A program made the position numbers and the translations under genes. Shown here piece after piece: positions 29,232-39,442 of a DNA stretch of 64,000 bases. The notes beneath the pieces are model-generated. The model searched no databases and was not told where the DNA came from. It saw only the letters and a program-made list of their open reading frames with translations. Origin of the DNA: Acidobacteriota bacterium (lineage in GTDB: Bacteria; Acidobacteriota; UBA6911; JACQSX01); NCBI GenBank assembly GCA_036507075.1, contig DASXQR010000017.1:64001-128000 (forward strand), given 5' to 3'. The first letter of the stretch is position 1; each line of letters opens with the position of its first letter.

Positions 29232-29864
29232 ATGTTCACAGGCATTATCGAAGCGGTTGGCAACGTTCGGAGCAGTAAGAAGATCGATCGCGGCATGAAG
29301 GTTGAAGTCACCTGCAGCCGCAATCTCAAATTGAGGAAAGGGAACAGTCTGGCCGTTGATGGTGTTTGCCTTACATGTGAGAAGGTGAAAGGACGCGTCG
29401 TAGAATTCACTCTTTCCTCCGAGACACTGGAACGCACGCACTTCGGCTCGCTGACGAAAGGCAGGACGGTAAACCTGGAGCGGCCGCTGGCCGCCAGCGG
29501 CCGCCTCGGAGGGCACTTTGTTCAGGGGCACGTCGACGGCACGGGAGCGGTTGCCTCGGTTGACCAGGATTCTCCCGGATGGCGTCTGGCGCTGGAATTG
29601 CCTTTGAACCTTCTCCCCTACTGCGTTGAGAAAGGATCCATTGCCATTAACGGCGTAAGTCTCACCATTGCCGGAATTCGCGGAAACCGGATCTGGATTG
29701 CCCTGATACCCTTCACCTGGGAGAATACGGCCCTGTCCGAACTGGGGCCCGGAGACCTGGTGAACGTGGAAGTTGACTTGCTGGCAAAGTATGTAAGAAA
29801 TTTCACGGCGACGACCGACGCTTCAGACGAACAGTTTCTCTGGAAATTTGTCAGGGAAGGATAG
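29232..29864 (+). CDS. ribE: Riboflavin synthase (alpha chain)
   Basis: MFTGIIE, GVCLT, VNLER, GGHFVQGHVD, KGSIAINGVSLT. Confidence 0.96.
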   Translation: MFTGIIEAVGNVRSSKKIDRGMKVEVTCSRNLKLRKGNSLAVDGVCLTCEKVKGRVVEFTLSSETLERTHFGSLTKGRTVNLERPLAASGRLGGHFVQGHVDGTGAVASVDQDSPGWRLALELPLNLLPYCVEKGSIAINGVSLTIAGIRGNRIWIALIPFTWENTALSELGPGDLVNVEVDLLAKYVRNFTATTDASDEQFLWKFVREG

Positions 29865-29909
29865 GGAATGACATTCAGCAGACTCGTTGATCCGGTCAAA
29901 AGAGGCGCG

Positions 29910-30506
29910 ATGCGCATCGTTCTCTGTGTTCTCTGTGCCTCTGTGGTGATTCCGTTATTCCCTGAAACAGTCCCCTCACTGAAATTGGACGAGGGAGCCA
30001 TCATTGTCTGGGACACGAAAGCCCGGGACTACACCTCCGAGTTCATCATCCGAATCGCCCAGTATTCACCGGAGCGTTTTTTCGAATGGGAAAGTCGCGC
30101 CCATCAGGGCACCATTAAGATTCCGGCAAAAATCCTTAAGGAAGGGAAGAAGCTTACCTTCGCCAGGCTCTTTGACAACGGCGTAGATATTGATAAGACC
30201 GATTCGCTCACGCTCTGGCTTAGCGAACAGATCTACCAGGAGCTCAAGACCAGCAATCGGGCGCGCGTAACCGTAGATTCTCTGAAGGATGAGTTTGTGC
30301 TGGACGAATCCTTGCAGTATCCGCTGTTGCTCAACAAGCAAGCCGTCACGGTACCGGCGCTGAAAGTTAGAGACACGCGCGGCGCCACCTGGATCTTTCT
30401 CGACAGCGCCGTCAATCCGTTGATGCTCGAGTATCAGAATCAGTACTACACGCAGAAGATTCGCAGCATGACCACAAAGGGGAGTATTCTCCGCTGGGTG
30501 CGCTAA
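29910..30506 (+). CDS. Exported hypothetical protein
   Basis: GAGG RBS before ATG 29910 (alternative start 29868); hydrophobic N-terminus; no motif recognised. Confidence 0.75.
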   Translation: MRIVLCVLCASVVIPLFPETVPSLKLDEGAIIVWDTKARDYTSEFIIRIAQYSPERFFEWESRAHQGTIKIPAKILKEGKKLTFARLFDNGVDIDKTDSLTLWLSEQIYQELKTSNRARVTVDSLKDEFVLDESLQYPLLLNKQAVTVPALKVRDTRGATWIFLDSAVNPLMLEYQNQYYTQKIRSMTTKGSILRWVR

Positions 30507-30512
30507 AAAACG

Positions 30513-30807
30513 CCGGTTGGCGAGTTCGCGGGCTGGCGAGTTACGGGTTGTCTGGTTGCGGGTCGTCGGGTTGTCGGATTACGGGTTGCGAGTTGACGGG
30601 TTACGGGTTGTCGGGTTGACTGGCCGGTACGTCACGATACCAATTTTCCAATTTTGAGTTTCAATCTGCCAAGTCGTAACCCGTAACACGCCGACTCGCA
30701 AGCCGACAACCCGTTAACCCGCAACCTGTCAACCGGTCAACCCGTGAACCCGCAACCCGGAACTCGCAACCCGCTCACCCGGAACCCGTGAACCCGCAAC
30801 CCGGAAC
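30513..30807. repeat. Degenerate inverted CGGGTTG/CAACCCG array element
   Basis: Inverted arrays between convergent genes; core partly similar to the two copies flanking rluB. Confidence 0.88.
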
Positions 30808-30814
30808 GCCGCGT

Positions 30815-31866
30815 TTAGAAGACGTACCGCAAGCCGAGCCAGATTTCACGCCTTCCGCCGTCGGTGCCCCATTGGTTGAGAAAATTTGAGGAGTTAACGC
30901 GCCCCTCCGGAATGCCAAAGTTCCGCGTATTGGTGGCGTTGAACATATCCACCCGGAACTGCAGGCGATGGTTCTCCGTGATGCGGGTATTTTTCTGGAA
31001 TCCCATATCCAGATTTCCAATGCCGTCTGCTCGCAGGGTGTTTCTTCCCACGTTCCCGGTTCGCACTCCTGAGCTCGGCAAGCGTGAAAACAGACTTGCG
31101 CCGCCGGCCTTCACCAGTTCCTCAATCGACATAGAAGCAATATTGAGATTTGTATTCAGGTTGGGGCGAATAGCGTTCCCAACCAGGCTATCAATACCAC
31201 TCAGGGCGCCTGTCGGATCTGCGCCATTCAGGACGGTGAACGGCGCTCCGCTCTGAAACGTGAAAAAGGAATTCAACTGCCAGCCACCAAGGATATGGCC
31301 CGTCACTCCCTGTTGTTCTCTAAAAAAGGGAAGTTCATACACAATATTCCCGGTGAGACGGTGCGGACGATCATACGAAGATCTTGCGCGATCCGCCCGC
31401 CTGTTGAATGAATCCTGCGAAACGGCAACTTCGCCTCCAGACGGGTTGAAGATTTCCGATGCGTCGTCGATATAAGCGCTCCAGGTATAGTGCAACTCGG
31501 AAGGGTGCTTCTTTTCTCCCGGCACTTTTATCCAGATTACTTAAAGAATTCAATTTGTTGCCGTTGTAGAACTCGAAGGCGGAGCCGTGAAAGCGGTTGG
31601 ACCCGCTTTTGGTAATAATGTTCATGACCGAGCCGGCGCTCCGGCCGTACTCTGCGGCAAACTGGTTTGTAATCAGCCGGACCTCTTGAACAATGTCGGT
31701 GTTGTTGATCGGCTGCTGTCGACCGGAAACACTCGGATCATTGCTATCCTGCCCGTCGATCATGAAGTTATTCGAGCGCAGCCTCATTCCGTTGACCGAG
31801 AAATTCACTCCGCTGGCGAAATCGGATTGACCGCTGCCGAGCTGGCTTACGCCCGGTGCCGAGAGG
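30815..31866 (-). pseudogene. TonB-dependent receptor remnant, 5'-truncated and internally deleted
   Basis: Plug region (FSVNGMR..NNFMIDGQD..VQEVRLITNQFAAEYGRSAG..TKSGSN.FHGSAFEF) joined out of frame near 31495 to the barrel end (HYTWS...FRVDMFNATN..NF...LGLRYVF). Confidence 0.85.
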
Positions 31867-31891
31867 GCCCTCGGGCCGTCTCTCCACCCTG

Positions 31892-31990
31892 AAAATTGTC
31901 CCACCCTAAAATTGTCCCACCCTAAAATTGTCCTGCTCTAAAAATTGTCCCAGTCTAAAAATTGGTCGCACTCTAAAAAATGTCCAAACT
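31892..31990. repeat. Six tandem ~16-18 bp AAAATTGTCCCACCCT-like units
   Basis: Two exact units followed by four progressively diverged units; the last is the plsC 3' end. Confidence 0.85.
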
Positions 31991-32692
31991 CCAGCCCCTT
32001 TTGAGGCCCGAATCTACGGCACACCTTACTTTGTCCCGATAAAGATCTTTGTCATCTGTGCTGGAGGGAGGAACAAGGGGCGGGTGAAACATGACCTCTA
32101 CCTGGCCTCTGTTGAGCTTCCAATTCCCTTTGGGTTGAATCTCGCGCGTCCCGACCAGCGTAATGGGAACGATGGGCACGCCGGACTTGATCGACAGGAT
32201 AAATCCTCCCCCCTTGAAGGCACCCAAGGTGCCGTCTCGGCTCCGGGTGCCTTCGGGATAAAGAAGAAACGAATCGCCGCTTGTGGCCTGTTCGATAGCC
32301 CGGTCGATAGCGCCCCTTCCGGCTTCCGTATCGCCCCGGTCCACCGGCACACAGCGTGCCAGCCGCATTGCCGTCGAGAGGATCGGCAGCCTCAAGAGCT
32401 CCTTTTTGAAGATCACCTTGATGTCATGAGGAATGCAGGCAAAACATACCGGAGGATCCACGTTGCTGACGTGATTGGCCATAAAAATGAAATTTCTGGA
32501 GGCCAGATTCTCGGTGTCACCGCGAATCCGGATCCGAATGCCGGCAATCCTGAAAGCCGCGCGGATAGTCCACCGGGCTACCACGTACATCGGATGCGGA
32601 TTGCTCGTGATGGCGGTATAAAGAAGCAAGACCGGTCCGGCAAGGATGAGAACCACGGAAATCAAGAGCATTATTGCCAGCGTGCGGATCAT
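31973..32692 (-). CDS. plsC: 1-acyl-sn-glycerol-3-phosphate acyltransferase
   Basis: NHVSNVD (HxxxxD), YPEGTRS, FKGGGF, VPIVPI. Confidence 0.93.
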   Translation of the reverse strand: MIRTLAIMLLISVVLILAGPVLLLYTAITSNPHPMYVVARWTIRAAFRIAGIRIRIRGDTENLASRNFIFMANHVSNVDPPVCFACIPHDIKVIFKKELLRLPILSTAMRLARCVPVDRGDTEAGRGAIDRAIEQATSGDSFLLYPEGTRSRDGTLGAFKGGGFILSIKSGVPIVPITLVGTREIQPKGNWKLNRGQVEVMFHPPLVPPSSTDDKDLYRDKVRCAVDSGLKRGWSLDIF

Positions 32693-32737
32693 CTCTATTT
32701 CAATTACGAATGGAAAGATTTCAAAATTCCGGTTCGA

Positions 32738-33137
32738 TCATTCGTCATTGGTCATTGGTCATCCGGTCATCAGTGGCTAATGATCTAGTCTAGTTGCCTG
32801 TAACAGCAGAATCGATAGTGGTACCGCGACTGCGAAGCGCCCGGCTTTGCCGCCCATCGTGCGGAAAGGCTCTGCCTTTCCGGCAGCCCCATTCTTCACC
32901 TTCTTCCTTTCTCCGCACACCGAGGCCCAGCCTCGGTTTGCGGAGATAGGATGGAGGGCATCGCCCGGAAAGGCAAAGCCTTTCCGCACGATGGGCGGCA
33001 AAGCCGCAAGTTCTCTTCGATTTCTTCTCACGTTCCAAGGCCGGTGGAGGGCTGAGCTCGGATGCAGCACTATCGTTTCTTCTGTTACAGTTCACTGACG
33101 ATTAACGATCAACCAATGACCAATGACCAATGACCAA
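32738..33137. repeat. Four-layer nested palindromic element
   Basis: GTCATTG/CAATGAC arrays enclose a 23-bp IR, a 41-bp IR and an inner hairpin. Confidence 0.9.
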
Positions 33138-33196
33138 GCAACGCGAGCCGGGCTGCGAGTTGCCAGTGTTATAATGTTTTCCCTGAAAGGGAAGCA

Positions 33197-34408
33197 ATGC
33201 CAATGTTTGCAACGATTCCGGAAGCGATAGAAGAGATAAGTGAAGGCAGGATGGTGATCGTCGTCGATGACGAAGATCGTGAAAATGAAGGAGACCTGAC
33301 CATGGCTGCGGAAAAGGTAACACCGGAGGCGATTAATTTCATGGCGCGCTACGGGCGCGGCCTGATCTGTCTTCCGATGACTCCGGAACGGCTGGCCCAA
33401 CTCGAGATCCCCCCGATGGTGGCGGAAAATACCGCACGTTTTCAAACGGCATTCACTGAATCGATCGACGCCCGCCGGAGTATCACCACTGGTATTTCTG
33501 CGGCGGATCGCGCGCATACCATACTGACGGCGGTCGATCCCAAGTGTAAACCTTCAGATCTTGTGCGCCCCGGCCATATCTTTCCCCTGCGCTCCGAGCC
33601 GGGGGGAGTGCTGAAACGCGCCGGTCAAACGGAAGCGGCGGTTGATCTGGCTCGCATTGCCGGCCTGCAGCCTGCCGGTGTGATTTGCGAGATCATGAAC
33701 GACGACGGCACCATGGCGCGCCTTCCCGAGCTGGAGCACTTTGCCCGGCGCTATAATCTGAAAATTGTATCTGTTGCGGACTTGATCCGTTTTCGACTGC
33801 AGACCGAAAAGTTCGTGCACGAGGTGGCGGAAGCCGATTTACCGACGGCGTTCGGAGATTTCCGAGTAAAGGTCTTTTTGAACGAGATCGATCACAAGAC
33901 ACACCTGGCGCTCATCAAAGGCGACGTTTCCGGCAGTGACAGGGAGCCGGTGCTGGTCCGGATGCAGTCACAGTCGACCATGTCGGATGTATTCCATTCC
34001 ATGCGCAGTGACAGCGGCGAGCAGTTGCGCAAGGCCATGCAGATGATCGACAACTGCGGACGCGGGGTACTGGTTTACCTGCGTCAGGAAGGAAGGGGCA
34101 TTGGATTGATAAACGAGATCAAAGCCTACGCCTTGCAGGACAGCGGCAAAGACACGGTCGAAGCGAATGCCGCGCTTGGTTTTCAGGCCGATCTCCGGGA
34201 CTACGGCGTGGGAGCGCAGATTCTCAACAGCCTGGGCCTGCGCAAAATCCGACTGCTGACAAATCATCCCAAGAAGGTGGTCGGTCTGGAGGGCTATGGC
34301 ATGACCATCGTGGAGCAGGTTCCCCTGGAAGTCACCCCTTCCGAGTATTCGGCCAATTACCTACGGACCAAAAAAGAAAAACTGGGCCATCATCTAAAGA
34401 AAGTGTAA
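33197..34408 (+). CDS. ribB: DHBP synthase fused to a GTP cyclohydrolase II-like domain lacking zinc ligands (RibBA/RibBX type)
   Basis: [37 protein letters not shown]-domain [34 protein letters not shown] upstream. Confidence 0.92.
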   Translation: MPMFATIPEAIEEISEGRMVIVVDDEDRENEGDLTMAAEKVTPEAINFMARYGRGLICLPMTPERLAQLEIPPMVAENTARFQTAFTESIDARRSITTGISAADRAHTILTAVDPKCKPSDLVRPGHIFPLRSEPGGVLKRAGQTEAAVDLARIAGLQPAGVICEIMNDDGTMARLPELEHFARRYNLKIVSVADLIRFRLQTEKFVHEVAEADLPTAFGDFRVKVFLNEIDHKTHLALIKGDVSGSDREPVLVRMQSQSTMSDVFHSMRSDSGEQLRKAMQMIDNCGRGVLVYLRQEGRGIGLINEIKAYALQDSGKDTVEANAALGFQADLRDYGVGAQILNSLGLRKIRLLTNHPKKVVGLEGYGMTIVEQVPLEVTPSEYSANYLRTKKEKLGHHLKKV

Positions 34409-34409
34409 A

Positions 34410-34781
34410 CGGTCATCGGGTGCGAGTTACGGGTTTTCGAGTTACGGGTTTTCGGGCTACGAGTTTCGAGTTACGAGTTTCCGGGTTACGAGTTTCCGGG
34501 TTACGGGTTTTCGGGTTACGGGTTTTCGGGCTACGAGTTTCCGGGTTACGGGTTTTCCAATTACGAGTTTTCACGTAGGGCGTGTTCGGTTATTACTGAT
34601 GTTCTTGGATTCCAAATCCTGGCTAGAGCATCGAATCTGAGATCTTTGGATCGCTAATCGAACCAAAGCCGTAACCGGAAAACCCGTAACCGGAAAACCC
34701 GTAACCCGAAAACCGTAACCGGAAAACCCGTAACCCGAAAACCCGTAACCCGAAAACCCGTAACTCGCAGCACTCCGACCG
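34410..34781. repeat. Inverted 15-mer (CGGGTTA-CGGGTTTT) array element
   Basis: Tandem GGGTTACGGGTTTTC units, then AAAACCCGTAACCCG units in inverted orientation. Confidence 0.92.
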
Positions 34782-34816
34782 CTTCGTGATTTTCATGACT
34801 TCGCAGGGGTAAGCAC

Positions 34817-35857
34817 TTGAACTCAAGAATCATTGATCTCCGAAGTGACACGGTCACCAAGCCAACGGCTGAAATGCGGCGTGCCATGGAATCGGCCGAA
34901 GTAGGCGATGATGTCTATGGCGAGGATCCGACGGTAAACCGGCTTCAGGAGCGCGCGGCCGAGGTTTTCAACAAGGAAGCCGCATTGTTTGTCCCCACCG
35001 GCACGATGGGCAATCAGATTGCGGTAAAACTGCACACTCGATCCGGGCAAGAGGTGATCGTCGAAGAGCAGGGGCACATCTTCAACTTCGAGATGGCCAC
35101 CATGGCTGCATTCTCAGGCGTGCTGGCACGACCGGTGAAAAGCACAAACGGCATCCTGGAATGGCGCCAGATCGAAGCGGCAATCCATCCCGACATTTAC
35201 TACTACGCCCGCACCGGCTTGATCGCACTCGAGAATACCCACAATATGGCGGGAGGCACCGTCTACACGCGCGCGCAAAGCGACGAGATCTGCCATCAGG
35301 CGAACGCGCGCAAAATCCCGATACACCTGGATGGTGCCAGAATCTTCAATGCATCGGCAGCCTTGAATACGTCTGTGCGGGATCTGTGCGGCCCTTTTGA
35401 TACTGTGATGTTCTGTCTTTCAAAAGGACTGTGCGCCCCGGTAGGGAGCATGCTGCTTGGTCGCCGTGATGCGATGGAAGAAGGCAGAAGGCTGCGCAAA
35501 ATGCTGGGCGGGGGAATGCGCCAGGCCGGAGTGCTGGCTGCCGCGGGCCTGATCGCTTTGGAAGAGATGCCAAAGCGGCTCCATATCGATCATCAAAACG
35601 CCGCCTATTTCGCCCAGGGCGTGGCAAGCCTGCCGGGAATCTCCATCGATCCGGCGGTGGTACGGACCAACATTGTGATTTTTGATCTGTCGGCCGACAA
35701 AGGCCCGGCCAACGACCTTCTTGCAAAGCTGAAAGAGGAGAAAGTTTTTCTGGGCGCCATCGGGCCGCAGCGCATCCGCGCCGTCACTCATGCCGATGTG
35801 AGCCGGCAAGACATCGAGCATGTGCTGGGAGTGCTGAAGAGGCTTTTGTCGAATTAA
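34817..35857 (+). CDS. ltaE: Low-specificity L-threonine aldolase
   Basis: [49 protein letters not shown]. Confidence 0.96.
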   Translation: MNSRIIDLRSDTVTKPTAEMRRAMESAEVGDDVYGEDPTVNRLQERAAEVFNKEAALFVPTGTMGNQIAVKLHTRSGQEVIVEEQGHIFNFEMATMAAFSGVLARPVKSTNGILEWRQIEAAIHPDIYYYARTGLIALENTHNMAGGTVYTRAQSDEICHQANARKIPIHLDGARIFNASAALNTSVRDLCGPFDTVMFCLSKGLCAPVGSMLLGRRDAMEEGRRLRKMLGGGMRQAGVLAAAGLIALEEMPKRLHIDHQNAAYFAQGVASLPGISIDPAVVRTNIVIFDLSADKGPANDLLAKLKEEKVFLGAIGPQRIRAVTHADVSRQDIEHVLGVLKRLLSN

Positions 35858-35868
35858 AGCGGAAATTG

Positions 35869-35936
35869 AACCACCAAGACACCAAGGCAACAAGCTTGTA
35901 CAACGGTCATCGTGCTGGCTTGGTGTCTTGGTGGTT
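35869..35936. repeat. Hairpin with CACCAAG octamer arms between convergent genes (possible terminator)
   Basis: AACCACCAAGACACCAAG and CTTGGTGTCTTGGTGGTT form a perfect 18-bp IR. Confidence 0.8.
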
Positions 35937-35944
35937 TATCTTTT

Positions 35945-37120
35945 TTACATGAACTCGCTCAGGATCTCGTTACTCACCAGGAAACCGGGGGGCGTCAAGA
36001 AATAGCGATCGTCGGCGCGCTTTACCCATCCCTGTTCCAGGAACCACGGCCAGCGTCTTCGCAGCCGATCCTGCTTGTCAACCAGGGCATCAAGCAACAA
36101 CGCGTGCACTCCGCGGCACGTACGCATGCCCAGGAAGATCTGCTCCTGTAAACTCTCCACTGCCGAGACCTCTGCCTCGTTTTCGCGCGGCGAGGTCCCG
36201 GATTCAATCCTTTCAAGATAACCGCGCAGCGATCTTATGTTGTTCCACCTTCGCACTCCGTCAAACGAGTGACTGCTTACCCCGAAGCCGAGATAGGGCA
36301 CCCGCCTCCAGTATTTCCAGTTGTGCCGGCTTTGGAACCCCGGGCGCGCGAAGTTGGAGATCTCGTACTGCTGCAGGCCGTGAGATTCGAGGGCGGCGAC
36401 CAGGTCGAGATACTGACGGCCCACGAAATCGTCCGATGGCAGCGCTGCTTTCCCGGCACGGATACTGCCGTGCAGCGGTGTTCCCGAATGCAGCTCCAGT
36501 ATGTAAAGGGAAAGATGGTCTACAGGAAGGGAAACAGCCGCATCAACTGAAGGTCTGACTGACAATCTGGTCTGGCCGGGCAGCCCGAGTATCAGGTCAA
36601 TGCTGATGTTCCGCACCCCGTCACGCCGCGCACGATCAACCGCAGCACGCGCGTCATCAGCGGTATGGGCGCGAGTCATTGCGGTAAGTTCGGCGTCATT
36701 GAAGGATTGAACCCCGATACTCAACCGGTTTATCCCGGCCGATCGGTAAAAGCCGATTCGCTGCGCTTCCCGCGGAGACGGATTCATCTCCAGCGAGATT
36801 TCGGCTTCGGCCGCGACGGTGAACTTGCGCGCCAGTTCTTCAAGGATCTCGCCTATAAAGTGCTCGGAAACTATAGAGGGAGTGCCCCCTCCGATGTAGA
36901 TACTATCAACCGACCGGAGCAGCGACGGAACCTCGACGCAGTGAATCTCACGAATCAAGGCGGAAAGGTAGCGCCTGACTACGGCCTCGTCAAAAACCGC
37001 GGTGGAAAAATCACAATAGTTGCATTTCGTGGCACAGAACGGAATGTGCACGTAAAGGCCGGAGAGTGGTGACGACCTGCCTTCTGTCGCGTCCGGAAGA
37101 GCTTGAGAAAAATGCATCAT
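35945..37120 (-). CDS. hemW: Radical SAM heme chaperone HemW (HemN-like)
   Basis: LYVHIPFCATKCNYCDF, GGGTPS, YEISNFA, HNWKYW; start uncertain. Confidence 0.93.
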   Translation of the reverse strand: MMHFSQALPDATEGRSSPLSGLYVHIPFCATKCNYCDFSTAVFDEAVVRRYLSALIREIHCVEVPSLLRSVDSIYIGGGTPSIVSEHFIGEILEELARKFTVAAEAEISLEMNPSPREAQRIGFYRSAGINRLSIGVQSFNDAELTAMTRAHTADDARAAVDRARRDGVRNISIDLILGLPGQTRLSVRPSVDAAVSLPVDHLSLYILELHSGTPLHGSIRAGKAALPSDDFVGRQYLDLVAALESHGLQQYEISNFARPGFQSRHNWKYWRRVPYLGFGVSSHSFDGVRRWNNIRSLRGYLERIESGTSPRENEAEVSAVESLQEQIFLGMRTCRGVHALLLDALVDKQDRLRRRWPWFLEQGWVKRADDRYFLTPPGFLVSNEILSEFM

Positions 37121-37131
37121 GAATTTAGGGG

Positions 37132-37204
37132 GCACGAATTACGCGAATTACACGAATTTCACGAATCTTTTAAAATAAATTCGTGAAATTCGTGAAATTC
37201 GTGC
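37132..37204. repeat. Inverted 9-mer array (CACGAATTW / AATTCGTG)
   Basis: Four left units and three right units between radC and hemW; degenerate units also near 37875-37935. Confidence 0.85.
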
Positions 37205-37858
37205 TCAACTCGTGCTCAACTCTCCACGATCCAGGAAGCTGTAATAGCAACCGTCCCCGATGATAACATGGTCCAGCACCCTGACTCCGAGCAGTTGGCC
37301 GCACTTTACGAGTCGTTCCGTGATTTGTCGATCTTCCGCACTCGGTTCGGGATCCCCGCTCGGATGGTTGTGAAGAAAGATCACAGCCGCAGCGCTATGG
37401 CGTACCGCCGGAGTGAATACTTCACGCGGATGCACCAGAGAAGCTGTAAGCGAACCTTCCGAGACGACTTCATCGCGAATTACCCGGTTTTTTCCATTGA
37501 GCAGCAACAGAAGGAAGATCTCGTGTGTCCGGCCCCGAAAATAGTCGCGGTAGTGCTCAAACAATTGTCTGCTGTTGCGGAAAGGACCCGGAAGGAGCAC
37601 AGGTTCCTGGACCTTTCGCACCAACATCTGAAAGGCGGAAACCCGGGAGCTTTCGATCCCGAGGGCTTTCAACTCCTCGACAGTGACCGTAAGCAGTCCG
37701 CGCATTCCGAAGCCAGCCAGAAAGATCCGACATTCCAGCTCGTTCCAGTGGAAAAGCTCTGACAGAGCTGAAACGGATTCCTTTTCGGGCGATTCCTGGC
37801 GCAGCACTCGCATGCCATACTCAACCGGGCACCCTGAAAATCTGCGAAACTTTTTCAT
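37205..37858 (-). CDS. radC: RadC/UPF0758 JAB-domain protein
   Basis: SLVHPREVF, HNHPSGDPEPSAED, VLDHVIIG. Confidence 0.92.
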   Translation of the reverse strand: MKKFRRFSGCPVEYGMRVLRQESPEKESVSALSELFHWNELECRIFLAGFGMRGLLTVTVEELKALGIESSRVSAFQMLVRKVQEPVLLPGPFRNSRQLFEHYRDYFRGRTHEIFLLLLLNGKNRVIRDEVVSEGSLTASLVHPREVFTPAVRHSAAAVIFLHNHPSGDPEPSAEDRQITERLVKCGQLLGVRVLDHVIIGDGCYYSFLDRGELSTS

Positions 37859-38017
37859 GAAGAAGAACCAGCCGCTGATTTACACGAATTGACCCGGATA
37901 GAAGCGGGCCGCGAATTTGCGCAAATAATGCTGATTAATATCAGGTCGAGGGATGGGCCCGGTTACCCGGCCTAGTTCCTCTTTCTACCTGGCTTTCAGT
38001 ATGCGTAGAATCAATGA

Positions 38018-39217
38018 ATGACTCTTCTTGCCGGCTCATCCGTGGCCACCGTCAGGCTGAAGAAGAAAGAGGACCTGCGCCTTGGTTCCGGGCATCTTTG
38101 GGTTTTTTCGAACGAAATCGCCGCACTCCAGAACAGCGATGGCGCGCTTCTGGCAAATTGTTATTCCGCCGGCGGGGTTTTCCTGGGAAGCGCGTTTTAT
38201 TCCCCCCGCTCGTTGATTTCCTGCAGGCTGCTGGACCGGCGCCTGCCGTCGGAAGAGCTCACACTACAGTGGCTTAAGGACCGCATGGGCGCGGCAATCG
38301 AGTTTCGGCGGCGCCTTTTTCCCGACGACAGCAGCGCCCGCTGGATCTTTGGTGAAAGCGACGGGCTGCCGGGAATTGTTGTCGACAGGTATGGCAACAC
38401 CGCCGTGGTTCAGACATTCTGCGCCGCAGCCGATGCAATGCTTCACCCGATTGCCGAGATACTCGGCGCCGAGTTTGGAATGACAACCGTGGTGGAGCGC
38501 AACGAGTCGATTCTTCGCCAGCACGAGGAACTGGAAAGGCGACGAACGGTGTTGCTGGGCGCACAGCCCCAACTGACAGAAGTCACAGAGTGCGGCATTC
38601 GCTTCCTGGTGGACTTGTGGGGAGGGCAAAAAACCGGATATTTTCTCGACCAGAAGATGAATCGCATCTTGGTTCGGAGTTTCTCCAGGGGATTGCGTGT
38701 CCTGGATTGCTACAGCAATGTCGGCGGGTTCTCGCTGAATGCAATTAGGGGAGGAGCTGCCGGTTCGACAGCGGTCGACGCGTCAAAGGAGGTATTGGAG
38801 CTGGCCCGCAGGAGTGCTTCTCTGAACGGCTGGGCCGATTCTCTGGAGACAGTTCATTCCGATGTTTTCGATTTTCTGCAAGCGGCGGGCGCCGAGCGGC
38901 GCCGCTTCGGTCTGGTGGTCCTGGATCCTCCGTCCTTTACAAGGAACCGCAAGAGCGTCCCCGCGGCGCGGAAGGCTTATATCAAACTGAACCAGCTGGG
39001 AATGTCGGTACTCGAGCCAGATGGGCTGCTCGTCACGGCCAGTTGTTCGCATCACATCACGGAAGACACGTTCCAGGAAGCTGTCATGCAGGCGGCGCGC
39101 CGCGCGGGAAGGGAACTGCAGCAGATCGCTGTGCTCGTTCAATCACCGGACCATCCAGTGCTGCCGGGAATGCCGGAGACGAGATACCTCAAAGGGGGTG
39201 TGTATCGAGTCATTTGA
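38018..39217 (+). CDS. rlmI: Class I SAM-dependent rRNA methyltransferase (RlmI family)
   Basis: GHLWVFSNEI, GESDGLPGIVVDRY, GQKTGYFLDQ, LDPPSF, SCS, DHP..PETRYLK. Confidence 0.9.
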   Translation: MTLLAGSSVATVRLKKKEDLRLGSGHLWVFSNEIAALQNSDGALLANCYSAGGVFLGSAFYSPRSLISCRLLDRRLPSEELTLQWLKDRMGAAIEFRRRLFPDDSSARWIFGESDGLPGIVVDRYGNTAVVQTFCAAADAMLHPIAEILGAEFGMTTVVERNESILRQHEELERRRTVLLGAQPQLTEVTECGIRFLVDLWGGQKTGYFLDQKMNRILVRSFSRGLRVLDCYSNVGGFSLNAIRGGAAGSTAVDASKEVLELARRSASLNGWADSLETVHSDVFDFLQAAGAERRRFGLVVLDPPSFTRNRKSVPAARKAYIKLNQLGMSVLEPDGLLVTASCSHHITEDTFQEAVMQAARRAGRELQQIAVLVQSPDHPVLPGMPETRYLKGGVYRVI

Positions 39218-39246
39218 TGAGCCGGGGGTGGCTTTGAGACGCGTCC

Positions 39247-39435
39247 AATGCGGAATGCGGAATAGGGAATAGATTTGGGAAATATGAAGCGGATTGGCAA
39301 TTGCGCAATACGAAATTTGCCTAGGAATTGCTTCGATTATCGCGGTCTGACGATACATTCCATTTGACACTCCGCAATTCGTATTTCAAACTTTTATTCC
39401 GCATTCCGCATTCCGCATTCCGCATTCCGCATTCG
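39247..39435. repeat. Inverted heptamer-array element (ATGCGGA/TTCCGCA)
   Basis: Between convergent rlmI and ligD; the core has further nested IRs. Confidence 0.88.
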
Positions 39436-39442
39436 AGAAAGT

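Noticed and set aside
31892..31990. Tandem repeats as a CRISPR array
   Set aside because: Head-to-tail short units with no spacers
32738..33196. FMN riboswitch upstream of ribB
   Set aside because: No FMN aptamer consensus recognised; nested IRs explain the structure and TATAAT lies downstream of it
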